This document shows positions 61,922 through 64,000 of a stretch of DNA of 64,000 nucleotides, piece by piece. Within the stretch, counting starts at the first letter, position 1, and the number at the start of each line of letters is the position of its first letter. Location of the stretch: assembly GCA_965261735.1 (NCBI GenBank), contig OZ253470.1, forward strand, positions 4,384,001 through 4,448,000. The letters are read 5' to 3'. The position numbers and the translations under genes are program-made. Under the pieces are notes generated by a model that saw nothing but the letters and a program-made list of their open reading frames with translations, did not search any database and was not told the origin of the DNA. The stretch comes from Alphaproteobacteria bacterium. Lineage in GTDB: Bacteria; Pseudomonadota; Alphaproteobacteria; SHVV01.

Positions 61922-63316
61922 GGCTGTGTCTCGAAAGTGGTGGAAATTTGAGGATGGCGTAATCTCCGGGTGACAAGACAACCACCCAATCGGCGGCTAG
62001 CACCGCCAAGGAGATCACGCCATGAAGAACACTACCGAGACTTCCGCGCTTTCGCTACTGGCCAATGACGCCGGCTATGATCCGATCGAGGACCGGCTGC
62101 GGGAGAACATCAGATCCACGATCGAGGCCGTTTTTGAGGAGGAACTTGCGCAGTTTCTCGGGCGCTGCCGATACGGTCGAGAGGACGCGCTTCGGCAAGG
62201 GTATCGGAACGGGCACCGGGAGCGGCAACTGACGGGGACATTCGGGACCGAGAGGGTGAGCGTGCCGCGTGCGCGGATCGTTGAGGAAGACGGTCGGGCG
62301 TCGGAATGGCGTTCGCGGGCGCTGCCGCGCTACCAGCGGCTGACCAGAAAGGCCGAGGCGCTGATCGCTTCGGTGTATCTGTCCGGAACCAACACGCGGC
62401 GGGTGAAACGCGCGCTGTTCGGGCTCTTCCGGGGTGCTGTGAGCAAGGACGTTGTGAGCCGGGCGTAGCGCAAGGTGAAGGTCGATTGGGACGCCTGGTG
62501 CAGCCGTGGCCTCGCGGATGAGGATATCGTTCGGCTGATCCTTGACGGCACTGTGATCAAGACCCGACTGGACCGCAAGGCCACCAACATCTCGGTTCTC
62601 GCGGCTATAGGGGTGCGCCGGGATGGCCAGAAGGTCTTGCTTTCGATCGGGAATATGGGCGGAGAAAGCCAGGCGGCGTGGCGCCAGTTCCTCGACGACC
62701 TTGATGCGCGTGGACTGAAACGGCCCGGGTTTGTCATCGTCGATGGCGCGCCGGGACTGGAGGCGGCTCTGTCGGCGCTTTGGGGCGATGACCTTCCCGT
62801 TCAACGCTGCACCGTGCACAAGCACCGCAACCTTCTGGGTCATGCTCCCAAACACATGCATGACGAGCTGAGCGAAGATTACCGCGATATGATCTATGCT
62901 GACACTGCCTCCGAGGTGGAAACCCGCCGCAAGGCGTTTGTCCGCAAGTGGCGGCTGAAATGCAGGGCCGTCGCGGACAGCCTCGCAGAAGCGGGCGACA
63001 AGCTCTTTACCTTCAACGCGCCTGTCCAAGAGCCAATGGAAATCAGCCCGAACGACCAACGCCATTGAGCGTCTCAACGAGGAGTTCAAGCGCCGGATCA
63101 AAACACAGACCGTGCTGCCGTGTCCCGAAACAGTGCCGATGCTCCTCTGGGCACTCCTCGCTTCCGGCCAAATCCAGATGCGCAAAGTCGATGGATGGGA
63201 AACCCTCGATCAGCTAATCGCCGACGAAACCCTTGACCGCGCAGCCTGACCGCCGCAAAACTCAACCCGCTCGGAGAGGCGCCAAAACCAATTTCCACCA
63301 CTTTCGAGACACAACC
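61922..63316 (+). mobile_element. IS256 second copy, full IRs, transposase inactivated
   Basis: 9-bp target duplication ccgccgcag (61913-61921, 63317-63325); TGG>TAG at 62466-62468; +1 base near 63015. Confidence 0.93.
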
Positions 63317-63596
63317 CCGCCGCAGGCATTATCAGGTTAACTGATTGTGGGCGATTTTCGGCATTTTCCATGATGCTAAGCCATTGAAATTGCGTAAAGC
63401 CGTCGACAATTTACCAAAATTTCGGAGTGAATCCGGTTAACTTCACAAAGCCCCTAGAAGACTGGTTCAGGGACTCGATAGTCGAGCGCTGGCGCGACGG
63501 CACTGCGCTTGCTCCCCGATTGTGCCTGCGAGATTGAGGCGTGCGGCACAGACTTAGGCACTCATCGGCAACCAGAGATTTTGGAGAACATGAAAA

Positions 63597-63727
63597 TGCC
63601 GATCGACTTTTCTGATATGCTGGGTGACGACCACGAAGTCGCTCTTCATCCTCGCGACATCTTCTTTACGCTTAATCGTGCTCCAAGTTTCTCATTTCCT
63701 CGGGACATACAGACCGAAGTCATGAAC
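63597..63727 (+). pseudogene. Probable N-terminal stub of a DEAD/DEAH helicase
   Basis: MPIDFSDML...HPRDIFFTL...PRDIQTEVM resembles the Q-motif region; no Walker A follows. Confidence 0.4.
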
Positions 63728-64000
63728 GTCGCGGAGCAAGAATGGCGTCAGAACCTTGGCTCACGGGAAGTTTGAGCTCCTGCCGGACCGCGGAAGCGGG
63801 GGGACGGCGCATAGTTCAGTGACCGAAGGCGGAGCGAGAAACTTGTGCCGAATACCACCGTTTGGCGTACCTCCAGTCGTTTCTTCTGGAGAAAGGCCTG
63901 GGTGATGGGGTTCTGGCCGAAGTATCACAACACTGAAGGCACGGGTACGGACTCCGTTGGCGACGAGCGAGACGGAATTATTGGGACCTTCACCAAATCT

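Overview
High-GC bacterial DNA, probably alphaproteobacterial, made almost entirely of accessory and mobile sequence. About 1-46.5 kb is a heavily fragmented IS and defence hotspot. IS elements or remnants present: IS630 x2, IS1595 x2 plus an end stub, IS5 x2, IS256 x2 plus a fragment, IS21, IS1380, IS3, IS110, ISAzo13 and ISKra4-like. Other contents are two integron-type attC sites with HNH and HEPN-like cassettes but no integron integrase, a DUF2188 / HTH / ImmA-IrrE peptidase (CapH-CapP-like) module, a fused ATPase-TOPRIM (PARIS-like) gene frameshifted in a T8 run, a DUF3489-DUF2924-large serine recombinase module followed by mirrored CCCTG repeat arrays, an intact penicillin-acylase-family gene, an intact type I R-M operon, a Calx-beta autotransporter fragment, a broken helicase / unknown gene / DUF1156 defence operon and a truncated groEL. 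A 3-prime fragment of initiator tRNA-Met at 46533-46566 marks a probable att site beside an intact tyrosine integrase. An intact 11-gene catabolic cluster follows (M81 peptidase, GntR, two M24 enzymes, PotABCD-type ABC importer, flavin monooxygenase, DUF1330, flavin reductase), then more debris. All family assignments come from motif recognition by eye; no database search was run.
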